A stretch of DNA of 50,636 nucleotides. Origin: Candidatus Methylomirabilis sp. (GTDB lineage: Bacteria; Patescibacteriota; DYJS01). The translations under genes and the position numbers were made by a program. Under the pieces are notes generated by a model, which was not told the DNA's origin, ran no database searches, and was given only the letters and a program-made list of their open reading frames with translations. This document shows positions 18,731 to 27,419 of the stretch, in pieces (position 1 is the first letter of the stretch; the number at the start of each line of letters is the position of its first letter). The stretch covers positions 1 through 50,636 of the forward strand of contig DYJS01000006.1 in the NCBI GenBank assembly GCA_020723005.1, read 5' to 3'.

Positions 18731-20068
18731 TCAAAAACTCAAAATTTCAACAACTAATAAAATCCATTCTGTTAAGACAAAAAGAGAGAATCCAAAAATT
18801 GTTGCCAAAAAATTTGAAAATAAAGAAATAGCAAAAAGTAAAAATCCAAAAATTGTGATGATTGGAACGATTGGAACAACTAGGAGATTTGCTAAAATTC
18901 CAAAAATTGAAATAAAACCAAAATTTAGAAAAATTATTGGTGCTGTAAAAATCCAAGCAAAAACTGAAAAAACTAAAGTTTCAAAAAAAAGTGACTTTTT
19001 CTTATTTTCTAAAAATTTTGATGATAAAATTATTCCAAAAGTTGCCCAAAAGGAGAGAAGAAAACTGATGTTGTATAAAATAAAGTATGGATTAAAAATT
19101 GTCATAAAAAATCCTGCAACGAACAAAGCTCGTCTCGCGAAATAATCTCTTCTCGTCATATTTCCAAAAACTAAAATTATTCCCATAATCAAAGCACGAA
19201 GAACAGGAGGATCAAAACCAACAATTGTTGCATAAAAAATTGCAAAAAAACCTGAAAAAATAGAAGAAAGAAAAGATCCAAGTTTTTTTGTAAAAAGATT
19301 TGCAATCAAAAGAATAAGAGCGATGTTGCTTCCGGAAACAACTAAAATATGAGTTAAGCTAGTTTTTCCAAAATCTTCCTTTGTTTTTGGTAAAAATCCA
19401 GAATCAATTCCGACAGTCATTCCAAGTACGATTGAAAGGTTTGGTTCTGGTAAAATTTTTTCCAACTTTTCTGCAAAAAAGAATTTAAAATTTGAAATTT
19501 TTGATAAAAAATTTTTATCTTCATTAACTTTTAAAATTTTCGGAAATCTGCAAACATATTTAACATCATAAGTTTTTAAATAGTTTTTATAATCAAAAGA
19601 TTCAAAATTTTTTGGTTGATAAATTTTACAAGAAAATTTTATATTTGATTCATTTTTCATTTCTGGATAAAGCTTTCCATAAACTAAAATTTTTTCAGAA
19701 ATTTTTTTTCCATCAACTTTAACATTTTTAACAAAAAAGTCTTGTCCAGAAATTTTTGGATTTAATTTTTCAATTTTTCCTTCAATTTGATAATTTTGAG
19801 ATCTTAAATCACTTTCGTTTCTCTTTTTTTCTGCATCAAAAATTTTGAAAAAAGATGATCCAAGAAAAATTCCTAAAATTACAAAAATAAAAAATTTAAA
19901 AATCCGTTTCTGATTTTCTTTAAAAAGTTCAATTTTTTTCTCCCAAAACTCTTCTCTAAAAATTATTGTGTATACGATTAAATAAAAAAGTAAAAGCCAA
20001 AAAATTTCAAAATTTTTTGCAATAAACGAAATTCCAAGAAAAAAACCAAAAACAAAAATTTCAAACAT
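18731..20068 (-). CDS. comEC: ComEC/Rec2 family DNA-uptake channel, short form (no C-terminal metallo-beta-lactamase domain)
   Basis: N-terminal TMs are followed by an OB-like exposed segment (YQIEGKIEKL...FDYKNYLKTYDV), then the polytopic competence domain (THILVVSGSNIALI). The gene ends at 445 aa. Confidence 0.75.
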   Translation of the reverse strand: MFEIFVFGFFLGISFIAKNFEIFWLLLFYLIVYTIIFREEFWEKKIELFKENQKRIFKFFIFVILGIFLGSSFFKIFDAEKKRNESDLRSQNYQIEGKIEKLNPKISGQDFFVKNVKVDGKKISEKILVYGKLYPEMKNESNIKFSCKIYQPKNFESFDYKNYLKTYDVKYVCRFPKILKVNEDKNFLSKISNFKFFFAEKLEKILPEPNLSIVLGMTVGIDSGFLPKTKEDFGKTSLTHILVVSGSNIALILLIANLFTKKLGSFLSSIFSGFFAIFYATIVGFDPPVLRALIMGIILVFGNMTRRDYFARRALFVAGFFMTIFNPYFILYNISFLLSFWATFGIILSSKFLENKKKSLFFETLVFSVFAWIFTAPIIFLNFGFISIFGILANLLVVPIVPIITIFGFLLFAISLFSNFLATIFGFSLFVLTEWILLVVEILSF

Positions 20069-20173
20069 AAAAAATTTTGCTCTAAACTATCTTTTTTAAA
20101 AAATTTGAAAAGTATTTTTTGGTAAAAATAAAATGAAACTATTTTAGAATTTTTTAAAAAATATAGAGAGAGT

Positions 20174-21088
20174 TTGACAAACTTTTTTATGTTAAATTTT
20201 CAAAAAGATGTTTCGCTGAAAAATTATTCAAATATGAAAATTGGTGGAACAGCAAAGTTTTTTGTTGAAATTTTTTCTTCTGACGAACTTGTGGAAGCTA
20301 TAAAATGGGCAAAAAAGAATAATAAAAAATTTTTTGTTTTAGGGCTTGGTGCAAACACGGTTTTTTCAGATAGTGGTTTTGATGGGGTTGTGATTTTACA
20401 AAAAAATGAAAATTTTGAAATTAAAGATGAGATAGTTTTTGCAGAGAGTGGAGTTTTGATGAAAAATTTGATTGAAAAAACTTTAGACTCAAATTTAGTT
20501 GGACTTGAAGAGTTTTCTGGAATTCCTTCAACAATTGGTGGAGCAAGTTTTATAAATTTACATTATTATAAAACTTTATTTTCTGATTTTTTGATTTCTG
20601 CAAAAATTTTTGATTTTGAGAAAGAGGAGATTTTTGAAGCAGATCTTGATTGGTTTGAATATGGCTACGAAAAATCAAAACTTCAGACAGGAAATTTTAT
20701 CCTTCTTTCTGCTAATTTAAAACTTAAAAAATGTTCTGATGAAGAGAAGTGGTTTGCAAAAGGGAAAAGTTTTGAGATAATTCGTGACAGAAACTTTAAA
20801 TATCCACTTGAACCATCTGTTGGATCAATTTTTCAAAATTTACCACCTTCTGCAAAAGAGTTTTACGGAGTTCCAACACTTTCAGCAGGTTTTTATATTG
20901 ATAGTTTGGGTTTCAAGATGAAAAAAGTTGGAGGAATTCAAGTTTCTGGTCGTCATGCAAACATTTTTGTTAATCCAAAAGGGGAGGGAACTTGTAAAGA
21001 CCTGCTTGAACTTATGGAGATTGTGAAAGTTGCCGTGAAGGAAAAATTTGGAATTGAACTTGTTCCAGAGGTTCGAATTGTTAGGTAA
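20174..21088 (+). CDS. murB: UDP-N-acetylenolpyruvoylglucosamine reductase
   Basis: NMKIGGTAKFF, VLGLGANTVF, FSGIPSTIGGA, SVGSIFQN and HANIFVN are present. The start is a TTG at 20174 or an ATG at 20189. Confidence 0.9.
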   Translation: MTNFFMLNFQKDVSLKNYSNMKIGGTAKFFVEIFSSDELVEAIKWAKKNNKKFFVLGLGANTVFSDSGFDGVVILQKNENFEIKDEIVFAESGVLMKNLIEKTLDSNLVGLEEFSGIPSTIGGASFINLHYYKTLFSDFLISAKIFDFEKEEIFEADLDWFEYGYEKSKLQTGNFILLSANLKLKKCSDEEKWFAKGKSFEIIRDRNFKYPLEPSVGSIFQNLPPSAKEFYGVPTLSAGFYIDSLGFKMKKVGGIQVSGRHANIFVNPKGEGTCKDLLELMEIVKVAVKEKFGIELVPEVRIVR

Positions 21089-21185
21089 AAATTTATGAAA
21101 AAGTTATAGAAAATACGATATTAATGATTTTTTAAATTTTTAGTTTTTTCAATTTGTTTTTTTCTTAAATTATTTTAGATAATTT

Positions 21186-22142
21186 TTGAAAATTATTTTT
21201 TTACTGATGAATGGATTGAGATTTTTTTTATATGGAATGGTGATGGGATTTGCAGAAACAATTCCGGGAGTTGGTGCTGGAACTGTTGCTTTTATCATTG
21301 GAATTTATGAAAGGTTTATCTCTTTTATGAGCTCTGTCTCGGGTTTTATCAAAAAACTTTTTATTAATTTTCCAAAAATTTTTCAAAAAAATGGAGTAAA
21401 AAATATAATCAAGGATTTTAAAAATTTGGATTTAGAGTTTGCAATTCCACTTTTTTCTGGAGTTTTGATTGCAATTGCAATTTTTTCAAACCTTGTTTCT
21501 TTTTTGCTTTCAAATTTTGCAATTCAAATGATGTCTATTTTTTTTGGTATAATCATTGCTACAACATACATTTCAATAAAAAATTCACATTTTTCTAAAA
21601 ATTTTTTATTTTTCTCTTTTCTAACATTTGTTTTATCTTTCATACTTTTTGGAATTTCTGTAAAAGAAACATCTTCTCCAAGTTTTATTTTTCTTTTTTT
21701 TGCAGGAATGGTTGCAATTTTGGCAATTTTACTTCCAAGCATTTCTGGTTCTTTTGTTTTGCTAATTCTTGGATTATACGAATTTATTCTTTCAAGAGTT
21801 GCAAAAATTTTTTTATTAAATTTTTCATTTGAAGTTATTTTTTCACTTTTTATTTTTGGAGTTGGAATGATTTTTGGCTTAATTCTTTTTTCAAAAATCT
21901 TTGAAGATGCTTTAAAAAAATTTGAAAAAGAATCGTATGCAGTTATCACAGGATTTCTTTTAGCATCGCTTAAAACTTTATGGCCATTTTTAGATGTAAA
22001 AAGTGGAGAAACTGCAGAAAAGATGACGAAAATTTCACCTTTTGATCTAGGTTTTTTTGAAAATTTTCAAATTGCAATTTTCTCTTTGATTGGATTTTTA
22101 ATTGTTTTTTTTCTTCTAAAAAATAAAAAAACAAAGAGGTAA
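21186..22142 (+). CDS. DUF368-family polytopic membrane protein (candidate polyprenyl-phosphate translocase)
   Basis: GFAETIPGVGAGTVAFIIGIYERF, and a second copy of the motif LLPSISGSFVLLILGLYEF, match the duplicated PGVSGG-type repeat of DUF368. The start is a TTG at 21186 or an ATG at 21207. Confidence 0.7.
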   Translation: MKIIFLLMNGLRFFLYGMVMGFAETIPGVGAGTVAFIIGIYERFISFMSSVSGFIKKLFINFPKIFQKNGVKNIIKDFKNLDLEFAIPLFSGVLIAIAIFSNLVSFLLSNFAIQMMSIFFGIIIATTYISIKNSHFSKNFLFFSFLTFVLSFILFGISVKETSSPSFIFLFFAGMVAILAILLPSISGSFVLLILGLYEFILSRVAKIFLLNFSFEVIFSLFIFGVGMIFGLILFSKIFEDALKKFEKESYAVITGFLLASLKTLWPFLDVKSGETAEKMTKISPFDLGFFENFQIAIFSLIGFLIVFFLLKNKKTKR

Positions 22143-22147
22143 ATTTT

Positions 22148-22981
22148 TTACAAGTTTTCTTCAAAACTTTTCACAACATTTTTGAGAAGTGCATAAACGG
22201 TCATCGGTCCAACTCCGTTTGGAACTGGTGTGATTTGACAATCAAAATTTTCAAAACTTTTGAAATCAAAATCTCCGCAAAGTTTTCCATTTTCGTCTTT
22301 GCTTGTTCCAACATCAATCAAAACAGATCCCTTTTTTACAAAATCTTTATTGATTAAATTTGAAACCCCAGTTGCAGAGATTACAATATCAGCGTTTTTT
22401 GTTAAAATTTGTAAATTTTTTGTGTTTTTATCACAAACAGAAATTGTTGCACCAAGGTGTTTTAAAATTGCAAAGAGTGGAATTCCAACGATTAAGCTTG
22501 ATCCAATGATACAGACATTTTTTCCAAGAATATCAATTTTGTAAAATTTTAAAATTTCCAAAATTCCAAGCGGTGTTGCAGGAACAAATTTTGGGGAGTT
22601 TTGAAAAAGAAGTCCTAAATTTTCATTTGTCAGTCCGTCAACATCTTTTTCTGGATCAATTGCATTTATAATTTTCAATTTATCAAATTTTTTTGGAAGT
22701 GGCAATTGAACAAGAATTCCAGAGACATTTGAATTTTGATTTAAAGTTTTGATTGTTTCTAAAATTTCTTCTTGGTTTGAGTTTTCTGAAAATTTATGAA
22801 TTTCACAAAAAATTCCAATGCTTTCTGAAACTTTTTTTTTGATATTAACATAAATTTTGCTCCCAAAATCTTCACCAACTAGAATTATATGTAATTCCAA
22901 TTTTTTTGAAAATTTTGAAATTTTTTCTTTTAGAATTTTTAAATTCTCATCTGCTAAAATTTTTCCATTTAAAATTTTCAA
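22148..22981 (-). CDS. folD: Bifunctional methylenetetrahydrofolate dehydrogenase / methenyl-THF cyclohydrolase
   Basis: ILVQLPLP, DPEKDVDG, PATPLGI, IIGSSLIVGIPL and TPVPNGVGPMT are present. The start is a TTG. Confidence 0.9.
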   Translation of the reverse strand: MKILNGKILADENLKILKEKISKFSKKLELHIILVGEDFGSKIYVNIKKKVSESIGIFCEIHKFSENSNQEEILETIKTLNQNSNVSGILVQLPLPKKFDKLKIINAIDPEKDVDGLTNENLGLLFQNSPKFVPATPLGILEILKFYKIDILGKNVCIIGSSLIVGIPLFAILKHLGATISVCDKNTKNLQILTKNADIVISATGVSNLINKDFVKKGSVLIDVGTSKDENGKLCGDFDFKSFENFDCQITPVPNGVGPMTVYALLKNVVKSFEENL

Positions 22982-23086
22982 AAATTTTTTAAAATCAAAG
23001 GAAAATTAAAATTAAACTTATTAAAGTAAAATTATTTGAATAATTTTTATTTTTTCTTTAATTTGAATCCGTAAAATAAAATTTTT

Positions 23087-24229
23087 ATGAACTACAAAGA
23101 TTTATCTCTTAAAAAACATCTTGAAAAAAGAGGAAAGATTGAAATTATCAGCAAATTTGGATCTGTAGAGACTCGTGATGATTTGAGTGTTGCATACACA
23201 CCGGGAGTTGCTGGGGTCTCAACTTTTTTGGCAGAACATCCAGAAGAAGCAAAAAATTATTCAATCAAGGGAAATACAATTGCTGTTGTTTCCGATGGTT
23301 CTGCTGTGCTTGGGCTTGGAAATATTGGACCTTTTGGGGCCTTACCAGTTATGGAAGGAAAAGCTTTGCTTTTTAAAGAATTTGGAGGTGTTGATGCTTA
23401 TCCCATCGTTCTTTCAACACAAAATGTTGAAGAGATTATTGCAGTTGTGAAAGCAATTGCACCAACTTTTGGTGGAATAAATCTTGAAGATATCTCTGGA
23501 CCAAGATGTTTTGAAATTGAAGAGAGATTAAAAGCAGAGCTTGATATTCCAGTTTTTCACGATGATCAGCATGGAACTGCAATTGTTGTTTTGTCAGCTT
23601 TGATAAATTCTTTAAAACTTTCTGGAAAAGAAAAGGAAAAAATTAAAGTTGTTGTTTCTGGAAGTGGAGCTGCTGGAATTGCTATTACAAAACTACTTTT
23701 AAAATTTGGTGTAAAAAATATTTTAATGACTGATTCGAAAGGAATTTTATCAAAAGATCGAAGAGATTTGAATCCTGAAAAAATCAAGATGTTAGAATGG
23801 ACAAATTTAGAAAATTTTTCTGGTTCGCTTTCTGATGCAATAAAAGGAGCTGATGTTTTTATTGGTGTTTCTGTTGCTGGAGCATTGAAGCCTGAAATGG
23901 TGAAAACAATGAATGAAAAACCAATAATTTTTGCAATGGCAAATCCAACTCCAGAAATTATGCCAGATATCGCAAAAGAAGCTGGGGCATTTATTGTTGG
24001 AACAGGAAGGAGTGATTTTCCAAATCAGATAAATAATGTTATTGCTTTTCCGGGAATTTTTCGTGGTGCTTTAGATAACGGTGTGAAGCAAATTACGGAT
24101 GATATGAAAATTTCAGCAAGTTTTGCAATTGCAAATTATTTAAGCGAAGATGAACTTTCTGTTGAAAATATTATTCCAAGCCCCCTAGACAAAGGTGTTG
24201 CAGTTGCAGTTTCAAAGGTGATAAAATAA
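23087..24229 (+). CDS. NAD(P)-dependent malic enzyme (short, ~380-aa type)
   Basis: LSVAYTPGVA, VVSDGSAVLGLGNIGP.GALPVMEGKALLFK, INLEDISGPRCFEIE, FHDDQHGTA, GSGAAGIA and ANPTPEI are present. Confidence 0.9.
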   Translation: MNYKDLSLKKHLEKRGKIEIISKFGSVETRDDLSVAYTPGVAGVSTFLAEHPEEAKNYSIKGNTIAVVSDGSAVLGLGNIGPFGALPVMEGKALLFKEFGGVDAYPIVLSTQNVEEIIAVVKAIAPTFGGINLEDISGPRCFEIEERLKAELDIPVFHDDQHGTAIVVLSALINSLKLSGKEKEKIKVVVSGSGAAGIAITKLLLKFGVKNILMTDSKGILSKDRRDLNPEKIKMLEWTNLENFSGSLSDAIKGADVFIGVSVAGALKPEMVKTMNEKPIIFAMANPTPEIMPDIAKEAGAFIVGTGRSDFPNQINNVIAFPGIFRGALDNGVKQITDDMKISASFAIANYLSEDELSVENIIPSPLDKGVAVAVSKVIK

Positions 24230-24302
24230 AGGTTTTTTAATTTTTTATTAAAAAATTTTTTTTAAAATATTTCTTTGATTAAAATCTTTTTTGAAAATAA
24301 AT

Positions 24303-24330
24303 TTGACAAAACTTTTAAATTTTTTAGAAC
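24303..24330 (+). promoter_or_regulatory. Candidate promoter (TTGACA-N16-TAGAAC) of the zinc-ribbon/DUF134 operon
   Basis: A consensus -35 TTGACA sits at 24303-24308 and a -10-like TAGAAC at 24325-24330. Confidence 0.4.
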
Positions 24331-24331
24331 G

Positions 24332-24351
24332 AAATGGGTATATGCCCATTT
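24332..24351 (+). promoter_or_regulatory. Perfect inverted repeat (operator-like) immediately after the -10 element
   Basis: AAATGGG-TATATG-CCCATTT has 7-bp arms and overlaps the predicted transcription start. It lies 10 nt upstream of the AAAGGAGG ribosome-binding site. Confidence 0.45.
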
Positions 24352-24374
24352 AATAATTTTTAAAGGAGGAAAAA

Positions 24375-24539
24375 ATGAGAAGACAAAACGATCAAAACCA
24401 AAAACAAAAACAAAACGGATCGCAATTTTGTTATTGTCCAACTTGTAAGACACGATTTGAACATCAAAGAGGTCTTCCTTGCAGAAATCAAGAATGTCCA
24501 AAATGTGGTGAAAAATTAGTTGGAGAAAATTGTAAATAA
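24375..24539 (+). CDS. 54-aa zinc-ribbon protein (not in ORF track, below size cutoff)
   Basis: My own translation is MRRQNDQNQKQKQNGSQFCYCPTCKTRFEHQRGLPCRNQECPKCGEKLVGENCK. It has two CPxC knuckles. A strong SD, AAAGGAGG, ends 5 nt before the ATG. The stop is 7 nt before the DUF134 ATG. Confidence 0.65.
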   Translation: MRRQNDQNQKQKQNGSQFCYCPTCKTRFEHQRGLPCRNQECPKCGEKLVGENCK

Positions 24540-24546
24540 AAAATTT

Positions 24547-24822
24547 ATGAAAATTAGATCTGCAAGAAAGATAAACTTTTCTTTCAAGGAGGTTTTTTAT
24601 AAACCAGCTGGAGTTCCAATGAGAGATATAAAAATAAATGAAATTACAGATGAAGAGCTTGAAGCTCTTCGTCTTCGTTTTGTTGAAAATTTAGATCAGA
24701 AAAAATCAGCTGAAAAAATGGGAATTTCTAGAAGTCAATTCCAAAGAGATTTAAAAAATTCTGCAAAAAAAATTGTTGTTGCAATGATGAAAGGAGAAGC
24801 GATTAAGATCTCTTTAAAATAA
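24547..24822 (+). CDS. DUF134 / UPF0251 family HTH protein (sigma-70 region-4-like)
   Basis: FYKPAGVP, then LEALRLRFVENLDQKKSAEKMGISRSQFQRDLKNSAKKIVVAMMKGEAIKI, match the DUF134 pattern (FKPxGxP ... ELEALRL.D.egL.QeeAAe.MgvSR.Tf.R.l..ARrKva.AL..GkAi.I). The ATG at 24547 is preferred to the TTG at 24520. Confidence 0.8.
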   Translation: MKIRSARKINFSFKEVFYKPAGVPMRDIKINEITDEELEALRLRFVENLDQKKSAEKMGISRSQFQRDLKNSAKKIVVAMMKGEAIKISLK

Positions 24823-24915
24823 GATAAAAAAGTTCTTTTATATTTTCTAAAATTTAATTTTTTATTGACTATTTTTTTGGAATTCGTCAAATAAATATGG
24901 ATAAATTAAAATTTT

Positions 24916-26205
24916 ATGAAAATTGTAAAAATTACAGCACTTGAAATTTTGGACTCTCGTGGAAATCCAACGGTTGAAGCAAATGTTTTTTTGGAAGATG
25001 GATCAATTGGAACAGGAATGGTTCCAAGTGGAGCATCAACTGGAAAATATGAAGCAGTTGAACTTCGTGATGGAGATAAATCAAGATTTTTAGGAAACGG
25101 AGTTCAAAAAGCAGTTGAAAATATTGAAAAAATAATTGCACCAAATTTGATAGGAATGGATGCAAACGAACAAAGAGAAATTGACAGAATTTTGATTCAG
25201 CTTGATGGGACAGAAAATAAAGAAAAACTTGGTGCAAATGCAACTTTAGCAGTTTCGATGGCAGTTGCTCGTGCAGAAGCCGTGAGCCAAAAAAAGCCAC
25301 TTTTCAAGTATTTATCAAAATTTAATCCAGATTTTTCTGGGAAATTTATTATGCCAATCCCAATGATGAATATTATGAATGGTGGAAAACATGGAAATTG
25401 GGCAAGTGATATTCAAGAATATATGATTTTGCCAGTTGGTGCAAAATCCATAACAGATGCAGTAAGAATGTGTGCAGAAGTTTATCAAAATTTGAAAAAA
25501 ATTTTAAAGAAAAAAAATTATTCAATTGCAGTTGGTGATGAAGGTGGTTTTGCACCAAGTTTTCAAAATAATGAAGAACCTTTTCAGCTTGCTAGTGAAG
25601 CAATTTTGGCATCTGGATATGAATTTGGCAAAGATTTTGTAATGGCAATTGATCCAGCATCAAGTGAATTTTTTGAAGATAATTTGTATGTTTTGCGAAA
25701 AGAAAACAAAAAATTAACAAATTTAGAAATGTTAGATTTTTATGACAACTTAGCTCAGAAATATAAGTTAGTTTCAATAGAAGATGGTTTTGCAGAAGAT
25801 GATTGGGATGGATTTAGAATGCAACTAGAAAAAACAGAAGGAAAACTTCAAATTATAGGAGATGATCTTTTTGTAACAAATATTAAAAGATTACAAAGAG
25901 GAATTGATGAAAAAACTTGCAATTCAATTTTAATAAAACTTAATCAAATTGGAACTGTTTCTGAAACTATTGATGCTGTTCTTCTTGCAAGAAAAAATAA
26001 TATGACCTCTGTAGTTTCTCACAGAAGTGGAGAAACCGAAGATTCTTTTATTGCAGATTTTGTTGTTGCGATGGGAACTGGGCAAATCAAAACTGGAGCT
26101 CCTGCAAGATCAGAGCGAACTGCAAAATATAATCAGTTGATGAGAATTGAAAAAATGCTTGGTGAAAATTGCGAATATGCGAAATGGCCATTTTGGAAAA
26201 TATAA
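24916..26205 (+). CDS. eno: Enolase
   Basis: ILDSRGNPTVE, SGASTG..EA.ELRDGD, GANA.LAVS, IKLNQIGT and SHRSGETED match along the full length. Confidence 0.97.
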   Translation: MKIVKITALEILDSRGNPTVEANVFLEDGSIGTGMVPSGASTGKYEAVELRDGDKSRFLGNGVQKAVENIEKIIAPNLIGMDANEQREIDRILIQLDGTENKEKLGANATLAVSMAVARAEAVSQKKPLFKYLSKFNPDFSGKFIMPIPMMNIMNGGKHGNWASDIQEYMILPVGAKSITDAVRMCAEVYQNLKKILKKKNYSIAVGDEGGFAPSFQNNEEPFQLASEAILASGYEFGKDFVMAIDPASSEFFEDNLYVLRKENKKLTNLEMLDFYDNLAQKYKLVSIEDGFAEDDWDGFRMQLEKTEGKLQIIGDDLFVTNIKRLQRGIDEKTCNSILIKLNQIGTVSETIDAVLLARKNNMTSVVSHRSGETEDSFIADFVVAMGTGQIKTGAPARSERTAKYNQLMRIEKMLGENCEYAKWPFWKI

Positions 26206-26415
26206 AAGTCAAATATAAAATATATGATTGATTCTTTATGGTTAATCAGATTTTTAGGCAAGAAATAAAAGATATTTTTTTAAAATTTAAAAACAAATTT
26301 TTGTCTTAAAGAAATAATTAGATTTTGTTTTTATTAAATTAAAAAAATTTAATATTTTTTAAATCTGTTAATAATTAAGAAGTTAAAAAAAGAAGAAAAA
26401 TAATTTAAATTTTTT

Positions 26416-27375
26416 ATGAAACATCATATAAACAAATTTGCAGAATTTATTGATAACGAAGAAAGATTAATTGTTAAATTTTTGAGAATTTGGATGGCAC
26501 CGATTGTTGCGATGTTAATGTATGTTTTGTTTATTATCTCAACAAGGTTGATCATAAAATTTTTGATAAATCCATATGTTTCAAACGATCCAGTGTTAGA
26601 AATTCATTTTGTTGATTTTGTTTGGGGTTTTATACTTTACTTCATAACAGCTGTTGATTATGCAATTTTGGTTGGAAGAATTCAAGTAAAAAATCCCGGT
26701 ATTAAAGCAAGATTTATTATGAATATTTTTACCTGTCTTGGGGGATACATTGGTGTGGAACTGGTTTTACTTATGTGGGGACATTTTAAAGAGATTGATT
26801 TATTGATAATTCCAATTTTATTTTTTGCAGGAAATGTGATGATTCGTCTTGCTCACGAAGGGCACGAATACTACACTGAAGACAAAGAGATTCCAACTTT
26901 TTTCAAGAATTTTTTGTATAATTTAGTCAAATTTTTCTATCCTTTTGCAAAATTTTTTACATTTTGGATGCCATACGTAACTCCTAAAGCAGAAAAATTT
27001 TCTAGTTGGAAGCTTGCATATCTCTCTTTTATCTTACCATTTTTGATTGGGCTTGATGATCTGGTTGGATATTTTGGAGCAATGACAATTTTTAATGCAT
27101 TTGGACTTGTTTCGGGAATTTTATTTGCAGATGTTTTTATTGATATTTTGCTTTTTACAAAACCAAAATTCACTACAAAAGTTGTTCAAAATGGAATTGT
27201 TGCAGTGCTTGGAACTTTGGCATTTTTATATCTTGGTTATAAATCTTTTTCTGAAATGGTTCATATTTTAGAAGATTTTAATTTTGGAAATTTTGTTTTA
27301 ATCATTATAGTTGGACTTTTTATAGTTATAACTTTTTTCGATCCTTTGAAAACAAGAAGCAAAAAATATATTTGA
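26416..27375 (+). CDS. Polytopic membrane protein with internal two-fold repeat, function unknown
   Basis: It has about eight TM helices. Each half carries an intramembrane acidic motif (ITAVDYAILVG and IGLDDLVGYFG), separated by a His/Glu-rich loop (HEGHEYYTEDKE). This is reminiscent of small cation-transporter families, but I do not recognise the family. Confidence 0.55.
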   Translation: MKHHINKFAEFIDNEERLIVKFLRIWMAPIVAMLMYVLFIISTRLIIKFLINPYVSNDPVLEIHFVDFVWGFILYFITAVDYAILVGRIQVKNPGIKARFIMNIFTCLGGYIGVELVLLMWGHFKEIDLLIIPILFFAGNVMIRLAHEGHEYYTEDKEIPTFFKNFLYNLVKFFYPFAKFFTFWMPYVTPKAEKFSSWKLAYLSFILPFLIGLDDLVGYFGAMTIFNAFGLVSGILFADVFIDILLFTKPKFTTKVVQNGIVAVLGTLAFLYLGYKSFSEMVHILEDFNFGNFVLIIIVGLFIVITFFDPLKTRSKKYI

Positions 27376-27419
27376 AGATTGAATTATCTTTGAAAAAATT
27401 TTAGAAATTAAAAAATTTT

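Noticed and set aside
24239-24263. AT-only palindromes followed by T-runs occur after several genes, e.g. AATTTTTT-ATT-AAAAAATT after the malic enzyme gene and AATTTTTTAAAAAATT after rpmG at ~45644-45660.
   Set aside because: Stems made only of A-T pairs are thermodynamically weak and occur by chance in ~30% GC DNA. Only the CCTTG/CAAGG hairpin at 34914-34941 was convincing enough to call a terminator.
24262-24501. A 79-aa minus-strand ORF between the malic enzyme gene and DUF134.
   Set aside because: It is antisense to the SD-preceded zinc-ribbon ORF and spans the promoter and palindrome. It has no start context of its own, so the plus-strand micro-ORF explains the region better.
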